Source: Trueperaceae bacterium
GTDB taxonomy: Bacteria; Deinococcota; Deinococci; Deinococcales; Trueperaceae
Direction of reading: 5' to 3'
NCBI GenBank assembly: GCA_965214405.1
Contig: OZ243956.1
Location: forward strand, 3,456,001-3,520,000
Length of the DNA stretch: 64,000 nucleotides
Position 1 is the first letter of the stretch, and each line of letters begins with the position of its first letter. The notes below the pieces were generated by a model. That model searched no databases. It had not been told where the DNA came from and saw only the letters and a list, made by a program, of their open reading frames with translations. A program made the position numbers and the translations under genes. Shown piece by piece: positions 31,089 through 41,046 of the stretch.

Positions 31089-31526
31089 GAAATAACCCCG
31101 TGCGCCATACGCCCCAAAAGCTTCACGACGTAATCGGTCCCTTCCGCCGTGCGCGCGAACTCGAGCGGAGCCTTGCCGCCTAAAGCAATCTTGGGACGCG
31201 ACAACCAACGGCGCTCTCTCTCTGTCTTCGAGATACGCCTCCGCCGCCTCGACCACCCTGGCGAGGCGGTAGACTTGGCTCGACGCCTCGACGGTGAGGG
31301 GCTGTCGCCGCTTTTTGCGCTCAAAAAAGGTGCTGCTCTTGACGCTGGTCAGCTCGAGGAGTTGCGCCACCGACCAGCCTAAATGTGCCGCAAGCTGTTC
31401 AATGCTGCTGGTGGGTAAACCCTGGCTCAGGCGCTCAACCACTTGTAAATCGCTCTGCGCCTCTAACGATAGAATCCGGGTGCCCAGCGGAGGAGGCGGG
31501 GTGCGGATCGGAACAAAAGCTTCCAC
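31085..31526 (-). pseudogene. Xre/MbcA antitoxin, frameshifted
   Basis: N-part ...VYRLARVVEAAEAYLEDRER and C-part RWLSRPKIALGGKAPL...MAHGVIS are in different frames; break at the (AG)5 run near 31213-31224. Confidence 0.8.
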
Positions 31527-31617
31527 GGTGATGCTCCAATCTCGGAGCTATTGTACGCCAAAAATAGAGAAAGCCGTACTCTCTGGCTGTGTCAGCTCGG
31601 GTCCGCTCACCCTTCTC

Positions 31618-33012
31618 CTACGCATCAACCTCCGCAACTTCTTTGGCAGGCAGCTTTTTTCCAGGATTCATAATCCCCTTTGGGTCGAGCGTCTCCTTGA
31701 TAGCGCGCATCGTCTCCAAGGCCGCGCCGTGCTCGAGCGCCATATACCTCAATTTCCGAACCCCCACCCCGTGCTCACCCGTCGAGGTGCCGCTCACAGA
31801 GAGGGCGCGTTTGGTCATCTCGCTGCTCACGCGGTCGATACGCGACAGGGCGTCCGCGTCGCCTTTATCAAAAAAGATGGATAGGTGAAAGTTCCCGTCG
31901 CCGACGTGACCGACTAAGTAGGCGTCGAGGCCTGCCCGCTCGCAGCTCTCCAACGCCTCCGTCACCGCCTCGGGCAGCTTGGAGATGGGCACAGCCACGT
32001 CGGTCACGATGTTGCGCTTGCCGGGGTTGGCGGCGACCGCTGCGTAGTACATGCTGTGGCGCGCGTCCCAAAGTTGCGCGCGCGCGTCGGGGTCGCTGCT
32101 CGCCTCAAAGGCGCTCGAGCCGTGCTCTTTAGCCAAGTCCTCAGCCAGCGCAGCGTCCGCGGCGACGCCCGCCGGGTTGCCGTGGAACTCTAAGAAGATG
32201 GTCATCTCTTCAGGGTAGCGCGTGCCCTTGTACGCGTTCACCGCGCGGATGCTCACGGGATCGACAAGTTCGCAGCGCGCGACGGGGACGCCCGCCTGGA
32301 TAAGGCTCGTGACAAAGCCCGTGGCCGAAGCCGCGTCCGCAAAGGGCACGCGGGCGGCGGACGCCGCCTCGGGCAAGCCCACCAAGCGCAGCGTCACCTC
32401 GGTCACGACGCCCAAGGTGCCCTCGGCACCACAAAAGAGGCGGGTTAAGTTGTAGCCGCTCGAGGATTTCCTGGCCCTCGAGCCCGTGCGAATCACCTTA
32501 CCCGTGGGTGTGACCACTTCCAGCCCCAGCACATAATCCGCCGTCACCCCGTACCGCACCGCCGCCGTACCCGAAGCGTTGGTGGCGATCATGCCACCTA
32601 ACGAGGCGTGCGCCCCAGGGTCGATGGGGAAAAAGAGCCCGCTCCGCCCCACCCGCTCGTTCACCTCCGGATAGGTCACAGCGGGCTGCGCGACGATGAG
32701 CAGGTCGTCGGGCCGGACCTCCAAAATCTTGTTCATGCGGGCAAGAGAAAGCGAGATGCCGCCCCCCACCGGCACCGTGTGACCCTCCAAAGAGGAGTTC
32801 GCCCCTACCGGCGTCACCGGAATGCCCCGTTCAAAGGCGTAAGTCACCACCCGCCGCACGTCTTCGGTCGATTCGGGATAGACCACCGCGTCGGGCAACC
32901 GCGCCTCGTCAAACGACTCGCCCTTTGAATGCGCCTCCAGCACAGACGCACCCGTGCTAACTTGCTCCTCACCCAAAAGCTCGCGTAACCCGCTCACATC
33001 AGACACGTTCAA
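31618..33012 (-). CDS. FAD-linked oxidase (D-lactate dehydrogenase/GlcD-like)
   Basis: PDAVVYP, SSLEGH, NASGT.AVRYG, GHVGDGNFH, GEHGVG, MNPGK. Confidence 0.92.
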   Translation of the reverse strand: MNVSDVSGLRELLGEEQVSTGASVLEAHSKGESFDEARLPDAVVYPESTEDVRRVVTYAFERGIPVTPVGANSSLEGHTVPVGGGISLSLARMNKILEVRPDDLLIVAQPAVTYPEVNERVGRSGLFFPIDPGAHASLGGMIATNASGTAAVRYGVTADYVLGLEVVTPTGKVIRTGSRARKSSSGYNLTRLFCGAEGTLGVVTEVTLRLVGLPEAASAARVPFADAASATGFVTSLIQAGVPVARCELVDPVSIRAVNAYKGTRYPEEMTIFLEFHGNPAGVAADAALAEDLAKEHGSSAFEASSDPDARAQLWDARHSMYYAAVAANPGKRNIVTDVAVPISKLPEAVTEALESCERAGLDAYLVGHVGDGNFHLSIFFDKGDADALSRIDRVSSEMTKRALSVSGTSTGEHGVGVRKLRYMALEHGAALETMRAIKETLDPKGIMNPGKKLPAKEVAEVDA

Positions 33013-33044
33013 TCCCCCATCCTCTACCCACTACTCACTAGCCA

Positions 33045-33977
33045 CTATTCTCTAAGGCGCGGATCGAGCACGTCGCGGATGGCGTCACCCAACAGGTTAA
33101 ACCCCACGACCGACAAGAAAATCGCCAGGCCCGGAAAAATGGACATGTAGGGGGCTTGCAAAAATTTCTCGTATCCGGCCTTGATCATCGCGCCCCACTC
33201 GGGCGCGGGCGGCTGCACGCCGAGGCCCAAGAAGCCCAAGGCGGCCACGTCCAGAATCGCCACGCCAATCGACAGCGTGAGCTGCACGATAATGGGCGAG
33301 AGCGCGTTGGGGAAGATGTGCGAGAACACGACGCGCGGTCCCCCTGAGCCCAGCGCCCGCGCCGCCTGCACATATTCGGATTCACGCAGGCCCAGCACCA
33401 CCGAGCGCGTCACGCGCGTGTAGATGGGAATCTGCGTGATGCCGATGGCGACGAGCGCGTTGGTGAGGCTCGGCCCCAAAATCGCCACGATGGCGATTGC
33501 CAGCAAGATGCCGGGAAACGCCAGCAAGATGTCGACTAACCAGACGATCACGGTGTCGAGCCAGCCGCCCGCGTAGCCCGCCAAGAGGCCCAACAAGACG
33601 CCGATGCTCGAGGCAATCGCCACCGCAAAAAGCCCGACCCGCAGCGAGATGCGCCCGCCGTGCCACACGCGCACGAACAGGTCGCGGCCCTGCTGGTCGG
33701 TCCCGAAAGGCAGCGACCAGGTGCCCAAATCAAGCTCCTGACGCTCCGCCGCCGAGAGCGACCACGAGGGCGGGGTGAGGCGCAGCCGCAGGTTGCGGTC
33801 GGTCGTCGGATCGTAGGGCGAGAGCGCCGGTGCCAAAAGCGAGGTGATGATAAAAAACCCCACGATGGCGAGACCCAAAAGCCCCGTCGGGTTGCGAAAA
33901 AACCGCCGGAACGCGTCCTGCGCGAGCGAGCGCCCCTTGACGCGCTCCGCTCCGGGTGCCGCCGTGGTGCTAGCCAT
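33045..33977 (-). CDS. dppC: Peptide ABC permease, DppC-like
   Basis: GTDQQGRD, EAA-like YVQAARALG, LGFLGLG..PP.PEWG, DVLDPR. Confidence 0.9.
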   Translation of the reverse strand: MASTTAAPGAERVKGRSLAQDAFRRFFRNPTGLLGLAIVGFFIITSLLAPALSPYDPTTDRNLRLRLTPPSWSLSAAERQELDLGTWSLPFGTDQQGRDLFVRVWHGGRISLRVGLFAVAIASSIGVLLGLLAGYAGGWLDTVIVWLVDILLAFPGILLAIAIVAILGPSLTNALVAIGITQIPIYTRVTRSVVLGLRESEYVQAARALGSGGPRVVFSHIFPNALSPIIVQLTLSIGVAILDVAALGFLGLGVQPPAPEWGAMIKAGYEKFLQAPYMSIFPGLAIFLSVVGFNLLGDAIRDVLDPRLRE

Positions 33978-34977
33978 ACTGAATCCTCGGGTCGATGAGC
34001 GCGTACGACAGGTCGATGAGCAAGTTGACAATCACAAAAACAAACGCCACAAACACGACCCCGCCCTGGACGATGGGATAATCGCGCGACTGGATGGCGT
34101 CGTAAATCCACTTGCCGATGCCGGGCCAGGCAAAGACCGTCTCGGTAAGAATCGCGCCCGACAGGAGCGCGCCGAAAGAGAGGCCGACGACGGTCACGAC
34201 CGGCAAAAGTGCGTTGCGTAGCGCGTGTTTGTTAACGACGATGCGGCGCACTAAGCCCTTGGCCCTGGCCGTCCTCACATAATCCTGACCCAGCACCTCC
34301 AACATCGAACTCCGCGTCATCCGCACCACAATCGCCAAAGGAATCGTGCCGAGCGCGATGCCGGGTAAAACGAGATGTTTGAGCGCGTTCACACTCACAT
34401 TGGGTTGACCGCGCAAAAATCCGTCGAGCACGTAAAAGCCGGTGACGGGCGCAAAGTTTCGCAAAGAAACGTCCAAACGGAGACCGGGCGGCAGCCACTG
34501 CAAATTGACCGCAAAAATATAAATAAGGATGATGGCGAGCCAGAACACCGGGAAACTCACCCCCGAGAGCGCCCCGACCATAAGCGCGGTGTCGAGCAGC
34601 GTGCCGCGGTTCAAGGCCGCCAGCACCCCTGCCGGGACGCCTATCACAAGAGCGAAAAGCATCGCCACCACGGTGAGTTCAAAGGTCGCCGGAAACCGCT
34701 CCGCCAGCCCCTGGCGCACGTTGATGCGCGTCAGGTAAGACTGGCCCAAGTCGCCCCGAACTGCGCCCCAGGCGAACTCGGCGTACTGGACCGGAAGCGG
34801 CCTGTTGAGCCCCATCTCTTCGCGCAGCCTCTCCCTCGCCTCGGGGGTCGAGCGCTCGCCCAGCATCAGGAGCGCCGGGTCGGCGGGGATAATGCGCGTC
34901 AAGGAGAACACGAGCAGGCTGATGCCGACGAGCACCGGAATGAGCCCCAACACGCGGCGGAGGATATACCCTGTCAA
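33970..34977 (-). CDS. dppB: Peptide ABC permease, DppB-like
   Basis: GLNRPL..QY, DYVRTARAKG, ETVFAWPGIG, RDYP. Confidence 0.92.
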   Translation of the reverse strand: MTGYILRRVLGLIPVLVGISLLVFSLTRIIPADPALLMLGERSTPEARERLREEMGLNRPLPVQYAEFAWGAVRGDLGQSYLTRINVRQGLAERFPATFELTVVAMLFALVIGVPAGVLAALNRGTLLDTALMVGALSGVSFPVFWLAIILIYIFAVNLQWLPPGLRLDVSLRNFAPVTGFYVLDGFLRGQPNVSVNALKHLVLPGIALGTIPLAIVVRMTRSSMLEVLGQDYVRTARAKGLVRRIVVNKHALRNALLPVVTVVGLSFGALLSGAILTETVFAWPGIGKWIYDAIQSRDYPIVQGGVVFVAFVFVIVNLLIDLSYALIDPRIQYG

Positions 34978-35213
34978 GAAAGCTCCATCAGATAAGCTCC
35001 ATAAAACTTGTGAGAATAAACTTGTTTAGCTTACGTACCGCTTTTGGGTAAGGGAGTGGTAACAAGGGGTTGCAACTCCTTGTTCTCTCTCTTCACTCGG
35101 TACCCGGCACTTCTTGAGTTACTATAACGCCTGTGCAGCGCGAATTCCTAAGATAAGGGTGGGGGTGCCCAACACCTGAGCACCCCCGAAAGCGTGAGTC
35201 CGTTACCGGGTTC

Positions 35214-36788
35214 CTACTGTTTGGTCACCGTGCGAAGCGGGATGGTCGAACCCAGCGGGCTGGGCACAAAGCCTTCGACGCCGCTCCCGACCGCGTTGAG
35301 CACGCGGTTATGCGCCACGGGAAGCTGAACGACGGTTTGGTTGATGATGTTGTCCACTTGCTCGTAAATCGTTTGGCGCTCCTCCTGGGTGCTCGCGCGG
35401 CGCGCGTCGTTGAGGAGGCTCAGGACCTCTTCTTGCTGCTCACCGGTCCAACCGTTGGCGGTAACCACGCTGGGACCGAAAAAGGTGTACAAGAAGTTGT
35501 CGGGGTCGGCGAAGTCCGCGCTCCAGCCGAGCATGTACATGGGGAACTTGCCGTCGTCGTAGTCTTCTAGGTAGGTGCCCCAGTCTTCGGTTAGAAGCTC
35601 AACCTCGATGCCCACGTCGGCCAGATAGCTCGCCATCGCGGTGGCGATGTCTTCGGGCGCGGGGAAGTAGGGGCGCGACACGGGCATGTACCAGAGTTCG
35701 GTGGAGAAGCCGTCGGGGAAGCCCGCTTCGGCGAGGAGTTCTCGAGCACGTTCGGGGTCGTAGGGGTAGGCCTCGAGCGCGTCGTCACGGCCCCACAGGG
35801 CGGGCGGCACGAACTGCGAGGCGACCTGGCCCAGACCGGCGTAAAACGCGTCTACAATGGCCTGCTGGTCAATCGCGTAGGCGACCGCCTGGCGCACCCG
35901 CTCGTCACCGAAGGGCTCATTGTCTTGGTGAAACGCCAGGTAACCGACGTTGAGGTTGGCGTCGACCATCGCGGGCTCGATAGAGTCGTCGCTCTCGACC
36001 TGCTCGAAGTCGTCTGAGGAGAGGTTGACTGCGATGTCGCAACTGCCCGACTTGAGCTGGGCCAAACGCGCGGTGGGGTCTTCGATGCCCAAGAACACCA
36101 GGCTGTCCACGCCGGGCGCGTCGCCCCAGTAGTTCTCGAAGGCGCTTAGCGCGACCTGCGAGCCGTCGACCCACTCGTCAAATCCAAAGGGGCCGGTGCC
36201 GACGATGGTCCCGTTGGGCGTGCCGTAGTCCGCGCCGCCCTCTTGTACTGCCGTAGGCGAGTGCATCCCGAAGTACGACGAGGCAAGCATCGCGGGCACG
36301 AACGAGACCGCCTGGTTGAGGTTGAGGCGCACCGTGGTGTCGTCCACCACGTCTACGGAGTCCAAGAGGCTGCCGTCGCCCAAGAAGCCGCCGAAAATCC
36401 AGGTCCAGGGGACGAAGGGCTTGTCGAAGCGGTACTCGTTGGCGGGGTCGTTCCAGCGGTCTAGGTTAAACTTGACCGCCTCGGCGTTAAACGGCGTGCC
36501 GTCTTGAAAGGTCACGTCGTCGCGCAGGGTCAGGGTCCACTCGGTCGAGTCCTCGTTGGCCGACCACTCGGTCGCCAAACCCGGCGCGGTGTTGCCCGTG
36601 CCCGGCTCGAAGAATACTAGCGGCTCTAGGACCTGATAGGCGGGCGTGAGCGAGTTGCCGTCCTGGCCCGTGTCGAGCGTGACCGGCAGGCCGCTCTGGC
36701 AGAACACCAGCGTCGACGCGTCTTGCGCGTTTGCCAGGCCGCCAACCAAGCCCAACGTGAGGACGAAACTTAAAACGAATCTTTTCAT
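35214..36788 (-). CDS. dppA: Peptide ABC substrate-binding protein, DppA-like
   Basis: Signal peptide, PGLATEW, GTGPF, RVRQAVAYAID, MPVSRPY. Confidence 0.92.
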   Translation of the reverse strand: MKRFVLSFVLTLGLVGGLANAQDASTLVFCQSGLPVTLDTGQDGNSLTPAYQVLEPLVFFEPGTGNTAPGLATEWSANEDSTEWTLTLRDDVTFQDGTPFNAEAVKFNLDRWNDPANEYRFDKPFVPWTWIFGGFLGDGSLLDSVDVVDDTTVRLNLNQAVSFVPAMLASSYFGMHSPTAVQEGGADYGTPNGTIVGTGPFGFDEWVDGSQVALSAFENYWGDAPGVDSLVFLGIEDPTARLAQLKSGSCDIAVNLSSDDFEQVESDDSIEPAMVDANLNVGYLAFHQDNEPFGDERVRQAVAYAIDQQAIVDAFYAGLGQVASQFVPPALWGRDDALEAYPYDPERARELLAEAGFPDGFSTELWYMPVSRPYFPAPEDIATAMASYLADVGIEVELLTEDWGTYLEDYDDGKFPMYMLGWSADFADPDNFLYTFFGPSVVTANGWTGEQQEEVLSLLNDARRASTQEERQTIYEQVDNIINQTVVQLPVAHNRVLNAVGSGVEGFVPSPLGSTIPLRTVTKQ

Positions 36789-37105
36789 GTAACCTCCAGT
36801 AAATATTGTTCAGACGGCGTTCGGTTTCTCTTCTTATGCTTTACAAGGTTGCCACTAGGCGACACCCTCATTCCAGCACTCTTGTCTCAAACATTCTGTT
36901 GTGACATTCCTCACCGTCTGATTCACCACAAAGTCTAGCACAACCGCGTTCCCGCGCAAGGCTGGACAAAGAATTCATGAACAAAGGATTGCTGAAGAGG
37001 CTTCACAAGGGTTGGCGCGACGGTGAGGAATGCCCGCTGATGGGACTGTCTCGCTGATGAGATTACCTCACTTTTGATGTATCAGCCCTTGACACGTTGA
37101 AAGCG

Positions 37106-37888
37106 TTAGCCAATCTCGATAATGCTACCCACGGGGGGCCGCCCAAACATGTCCCAGGCGCTCCCCCCGCGTAAAAAGAGCTCCATCCAGCGAATTTGCG
37201 TCTCGCCGACCCTCCAGCCGCTACTCCCCGGTGAAAAGGCGAGCGCGCCCTTGGGCACCGCGAACGAGCCGTCGCTCAAGGAGGCCTCTTGGGTGGTGTC
37301 ACCGATGCGGAGGGTCAGGCTCGAGCCCACCTCCCGCCCCACCTCCTCAAACCGAAACGTCGTCTTGAGGTTGCCAAAGCCGTCGATGTAGGCGACTCTG
37401 GCCTCCGGCACCTGGGGAACGTCGGCGGGGGAGACCTCTCCGGCCAGCGCGTCAACCTCCCCCCGCGCCACCGCCGCGACGTGGCGGGGGAAAAGGTCGC
37501 GCGAGCGGAACTGCGAGCCCTCCGCTGCGACGGCCACAAAGCGAAGCTCCTCGGCTGTATCTTTTAGAAAAGAAAAAGCGTAGCCCGCGTTCACCCCCAC
37601 CACCTTGACGCCGCCCGGCAGGCGCGCGTAAGCAAGGCGCTCGCCCGCGTTATTTTGCCGCGCCTCGCCGTTGTCCTCTCGAGGCGCGACGTTGTGGTAA
37701 ATCACGGTTCCCTCGGGCGCGTCGTTAAGACCCAACTGCGCCACGCAAAAGCCCGCCGCGAGGGTAGCAAAGGGTGGCACGGGCGTAAGGACGAGTTCGG
37801 CCTCGGGCAAAAGGCGCTTCAAACGCTGCACCACCTCGGCAAAGGCCAGGTCGCCGTGGCCGTAGTCGGCGATGAGGTGGACTAACAC
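37106..37888 (-). CDS. DUF62-like SAM hydrolase / halogenase-family protein
   Basis: LIADYG..D, SQFRSRDLFP, AYIDGFGNLKT, GSSG...ELF. Confidence 0.75.
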   Translation of the reverse strand: MLVHLIADYGHGDLAFAEVVQRLKRLLPEAELVLTPVPPFATLAAGFCVAQLGLNDAPEGTVIYHNVAPREDNGEARQNNAGERLAYARLPGGVKVVGVNAGYAFSFLKDTAEELRFVAVAAEGSQFRSRDLFPRHVAAVARGEVDALAGEVSPADVPQVPEARVAYIDGFGNLKTTFRFEEVGREVGSSLTLRIGDTTQEASLSDGSFAVPKGALAFSPGSSGWRVGETQIRWMELFLRGGSAWDMFGRPPVGSIIEIG

Positions 37889-39180
37889 GCGCTTCCCAGC
37901 ATCGCTTTGCCTCCCACATAAACCTGCGCCACGCTGTGCTCTCTCGCCAGCGTAAAGATGGCGGCCAAGCTGGCCTCATGAGAAGGACTCTCGGCGAGCA
38001 CCGCTTTGAGCGTGCTCCCCTCCAGCGGGCGCACCAAGACGGCGTCGGCCTCCTTGCCGGGCGCGAAACTGCCCACGCTCTCCCCCAGCCCCAGCGCCTC
38101 CGCCCCCGCGAGCGTCGCCAGGTAGAGGAGATGCGCGGGGCTCAAAAGATAACCGTCCTCGTGAAGCATCTGCGTCTGATAAGCCATCAGCCCCTCCTTG
38201 AACAAGCTAAAGCCGGTGCCGCCGCCCACGTCGGAGCCGAGCGCGAAGGGGACGCCGTAACGCAGGTGCGCGCGCATCGGGAAAAGCCCCGAGCCGATAA
38301 ACATGTTGGAGCTCGGGCAGTGCGCGACGCTCGAGCCCGCCCCGCCCAAGCGCTCCAACTCGCGGTCATACACGTGGACGTTATGCGCAAAGACCGAACG
38401 CGGGGTGACGAGGCCGTGCGCGTCATAGGTCGCCAGATAATCGCGCGCGCCCTCGAAAAGCCTTAGCACCACGCTGATTTCTTCGATTTGTTCGTTTAGG
38501 TGGCTGGTAAATAAAAGGTCGGGCGTTTCTTGGAGGAGACCGCCGCAAGCCTCCAACATCGCGTCCGTGCAGGAGAGCGAGAAGCGTGGCGTCACCGCGT
38601 AGCGCAGCCGCCCGCGGTTGTGCCAGCGCTGGACGAGCGCCCGGCTCTCTCGGAACGCCTCCTCCGGCGTGCGGTGCAGTTTTTCTGTTAAGTTTCGGTC
38701 TGAAACAACCAACCCGCTCGAGACGCGAAGCCCCGACGCCTCCGCCTCCTCGAAAAAAAGGTCCATCGCCCTTGCGAAGTGGCTGCCGAACACGAGCGCC
38801 GTGGTGGTGCCGTTCTTGACGAGGTGAGAGAGAAAGGTTCGGGACGCGTCTCGTGCGTACTGTTCATCCGCAAAGCGTTCCTCGACGGGTAGCGTGCGCT
38901 GCTCAAGCCACTCGAGCAACCTCAACCCCATCGCCCCGATGACCGGAAGTTGCGGCAAATGAACGTGCGTGTCCACAAAACCGGGAAATAAAAAGGCACC
39001 TCGGTGGTCCAGCACCTCGGCCTCAGGATACACCTCGCTTACCTGAGCATAATCACCCACGGCGAGGATTTTTTCACCCTCAAAAGCGAGCGCGCCGTCG
39101 GCGAAGCACTCGAGCGCCCCCGCCTCCTCAAAAGGATTTTTGGGCGTGTGGAATATAGAGGCGCGCAGGAGCGTGGGCAT
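37882..39180 (-). CDS. guaD: Guanine deaminase
   Basis: PGFVDTHVHLPQ, TPRF.LSC, SHLNE, HCPSSN..GSG, SDVGGG. Confidence 0.93.
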   Translation of the reverse strand: MPTLLRASIFHTPKNPFEEAGALECFADGALAFEGEKILAVGDYAQVSEVYPEAEVLDHRGAFLFPGFVDTHVHLPQLPVIGAMGLRLLEWLEQRTLPVEERFADEQYARDASRTFLSHLVKNGTTTALVFGSHFARAMDLFFEEAEASGLRVSSGLVVSDRNLTEKLHRTPEEAFRESRALVQRWHNRGRLRYAVTPRFSLSCTDAMLEACGGLLQETPDLLFTSHLNEQIEEISVVLRLFEGARDYLATYDAHGLVTPRSVFAHNVHVYDRELERLGGAGSSVAHCPSSNMFIGSGLFPMRAHLRYGVPFALGSDVGGGTGFSLFKEGLMAYQTQMLHEDGYLLSPAHLLYLATLAGAEALGLGESVGSFAPGKEADAVLVRPLEGSTLKAVLAESPSHEASLAAIFTLAREHSVAQVYVGGKAMLGSAC

Positions 39181-39203
39181 GGCCGTTCATTGTACAGGTT
39201 CGC

Positions 39204-40967
39204 TCAACCGGAAACGCCAAAGGGCACGAGTTCGCTCTTCATGACGTCCACCAGCCCTATGTCGGTGAGGCGCAAGGCGGGGATGACGGCGAGGCCCAAG
39301 AAGCTCAGGGTCATGAAGGGCGCGGGGAGGCGGTTGCCGAGGGTGACGGCGGCGCGCTCGAGCCCGTCCAACTTCTCCCGCACTTCTTCCAAGGGCTCAT
39401 CCGTCACGAGACCCGCCAAGGGGAGGGGGAGTTCGGCCAAAACGCGCCCTTCGGCCACCGCGACGAAGCCGCCGCCCAGTGTTTCCAAACGTCGGCAAGC
39501 GAGCAGCAAATCCTCGTCACCCACGCCCACCGCGAGCAGGTTGTGGTGGTCGTGGCCCACCGTCGAGGCCAGCGCGCCCTTTTTTAAGCCAAAGCCCGTC
39601 ACCAGCCCCACGCTGACCCCGCCGTTTTTGCCGTGGCGCTCAACGCAGACGAGTTTGAGGAGGTCGTTCTCCGTATCCGCCACCACCTCGCTGCCCACGA
39701 CTTTGGGCGTAACCCGCACCTCTTCGGTTAGCACCTGATAGGGCACGGGCCGGATGCAGCGGGCGGGGCCGGAGGGGGCCTCGAGCCTAAACGACGCTTC
39801 AGTAAGCTCCGGCAGCCGCACCGTGTTCAGAACGGCGCTCGCGTTCACTTTCTTGGGAATCAAAAGTGTAACGAGTTCGCCCCCCGCCGCCACCCGCACC
39901 CCGTTTTTATAAACCTCCGCCGCGTGAAACGTCTCCAAATTGTCCACAACCACCAAATCAGCAAAATACCCCGGTGCCACGGCCCCGCGCCGGGGCAGGC
40001 GGTAGTGGCGCGCGGTATTGAGGCTCGAGCAGCGCACCGCATAAACAGGGTCCACCCCCGCTTCTATCGCCCCGCGCACGAGGCAGTCCACGCCGCCCTC
40101 ATCGAGCAAATCGTGCGGCAGCCGGTCGTCGGTCACGAAGCCCACCCGGTCCCCGTGTTTGGGGTTCACGAGCGGCAAAAGCGCTGCCAGATTGCGCGTC
40201 ACCGAGCCCTCGCGGACCATCAAAAAGAGACCTGCGCGGAGTTTCTCGAGCCCCTCCTCGAGCGTCGTCGCCTCGTGGTCCGAGGCGAGTCCGGCGGCCA
40301 GATAAGCTTGCAAATCTCGCCCCGTGAGCCCCGGCGCGTGCCCCTCGAGCGTCTTCCCACGCGCCTCGGCCAGAAGCACCTTTTGCAGGTTTTCCTCGTC
40401 CCCACTTATAAGCGCGGGAAAGCTCATGAGTTCGGCCAGGCCGACGACGCGGGGGTGCTCGAGCAGCGCCTCAATCTCCCCTAGACCCAGGGTTGCGCCG
40501 GAGGTCTCGAGCGGCGTCGAGGGCACGCAAGAGGGCACCGTGACCCACACGTCCAGGGGCAATTCTTCGGAACTTTCTAACAGCCAATGGATACCCGGCA
40601 CCCCCGCCACGTTGCCGATTTCGTGCGGGTCGCACACGACGCCCGTCACGCCGCGCGGGACGGTGGCGGCGGCGTAGGCGGCGGGGGTGACCAAGGAGGA
40701 CTCGAGGTGGACGTGCCCGTCAATCAAGCCCGGCGCGAGGTGGCGGCCCGCCAAGTCCACCGTCTCGTCAGCCTCGGCATTTTTGAAAACCTCTCCCACG
40801 CCCGCGATGAGTTTGCCCGCTAAAAGCACGTGCGTTTCGTCCACCGTCCCGGTAAAAACGTTGAGGACGCGCGCGTTCTTAAAAAGATAGGTGCCGGGTT
40901 TTCGGCCTGCGGCCACGTCCACCGCGAAGCGCAGGTCCTCGAGGGTGACGGGGGCTCGAGGCGTCAT
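39204..40967 (-). CDS. ade: Adenine deaminase
   Basis: DGHVHLESS, DPHEIGNV, SCVP, SDHE, REGS, TDD, HD.HN, VIP.LRLTD.GL. Confidence 0.95.
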   Translation of the reverse strand: MTPRAPVTLEDLRFAVDVAAGRKPGTYLFKNARVLNVFTGTVDETHVLLAGKLIAGVGEVFKNAEADETVDLAGRHLAPGLIDGHVHLESSLVTPAAYAAATVPRGVTGVVCDPHEIGNVAGVPGIHWLLESSEELPLDVWVTVPSCVPSTPLETSGATLGLGEIEALLEHPRVVGLAELMSFPALISGDEENLQKVLLAEARGKTLEGHAPGLTGRDLQAYLAAGLASDHEATTLEEGLEKLRAGLFLMVREGSVTRNLAALLPLVNPKHGDRVGFVTDDRLPHDLLDEGGVDCLVRGAIEAGVDPVYAVRCSSLNTARHYRLPRRGAVAPGYFADLVVVDNLETFHAAEVYKNGVRVAAGGELVTLLIPKKVNASAVLNTVRLPELTEASFRLEAPSGPARCIRPVPYQVLTEEVRVTPKVVGSEVVADTENDLLKLVCVERHGKNGGVSVGLVTGFGLKKGALASTVGHDHHNLLAVGVGDEDLLLACRRLETLGGGFVAVAEGRVLAELPLPLAGLVTDEPLEEVREKLDGLERAAVTLGNRLPAPFMTLSFLGLAVIPALRLTDIGLVDVMKSELVPFGVSG

Positions 40968-41046
40968 GGCTGTGTCCAGTCAAACTGTGAGACTAAATCA
41001 AACTTACAGAACATCTCGCAGTATAACGCCACGGTGTGTTCGACTC

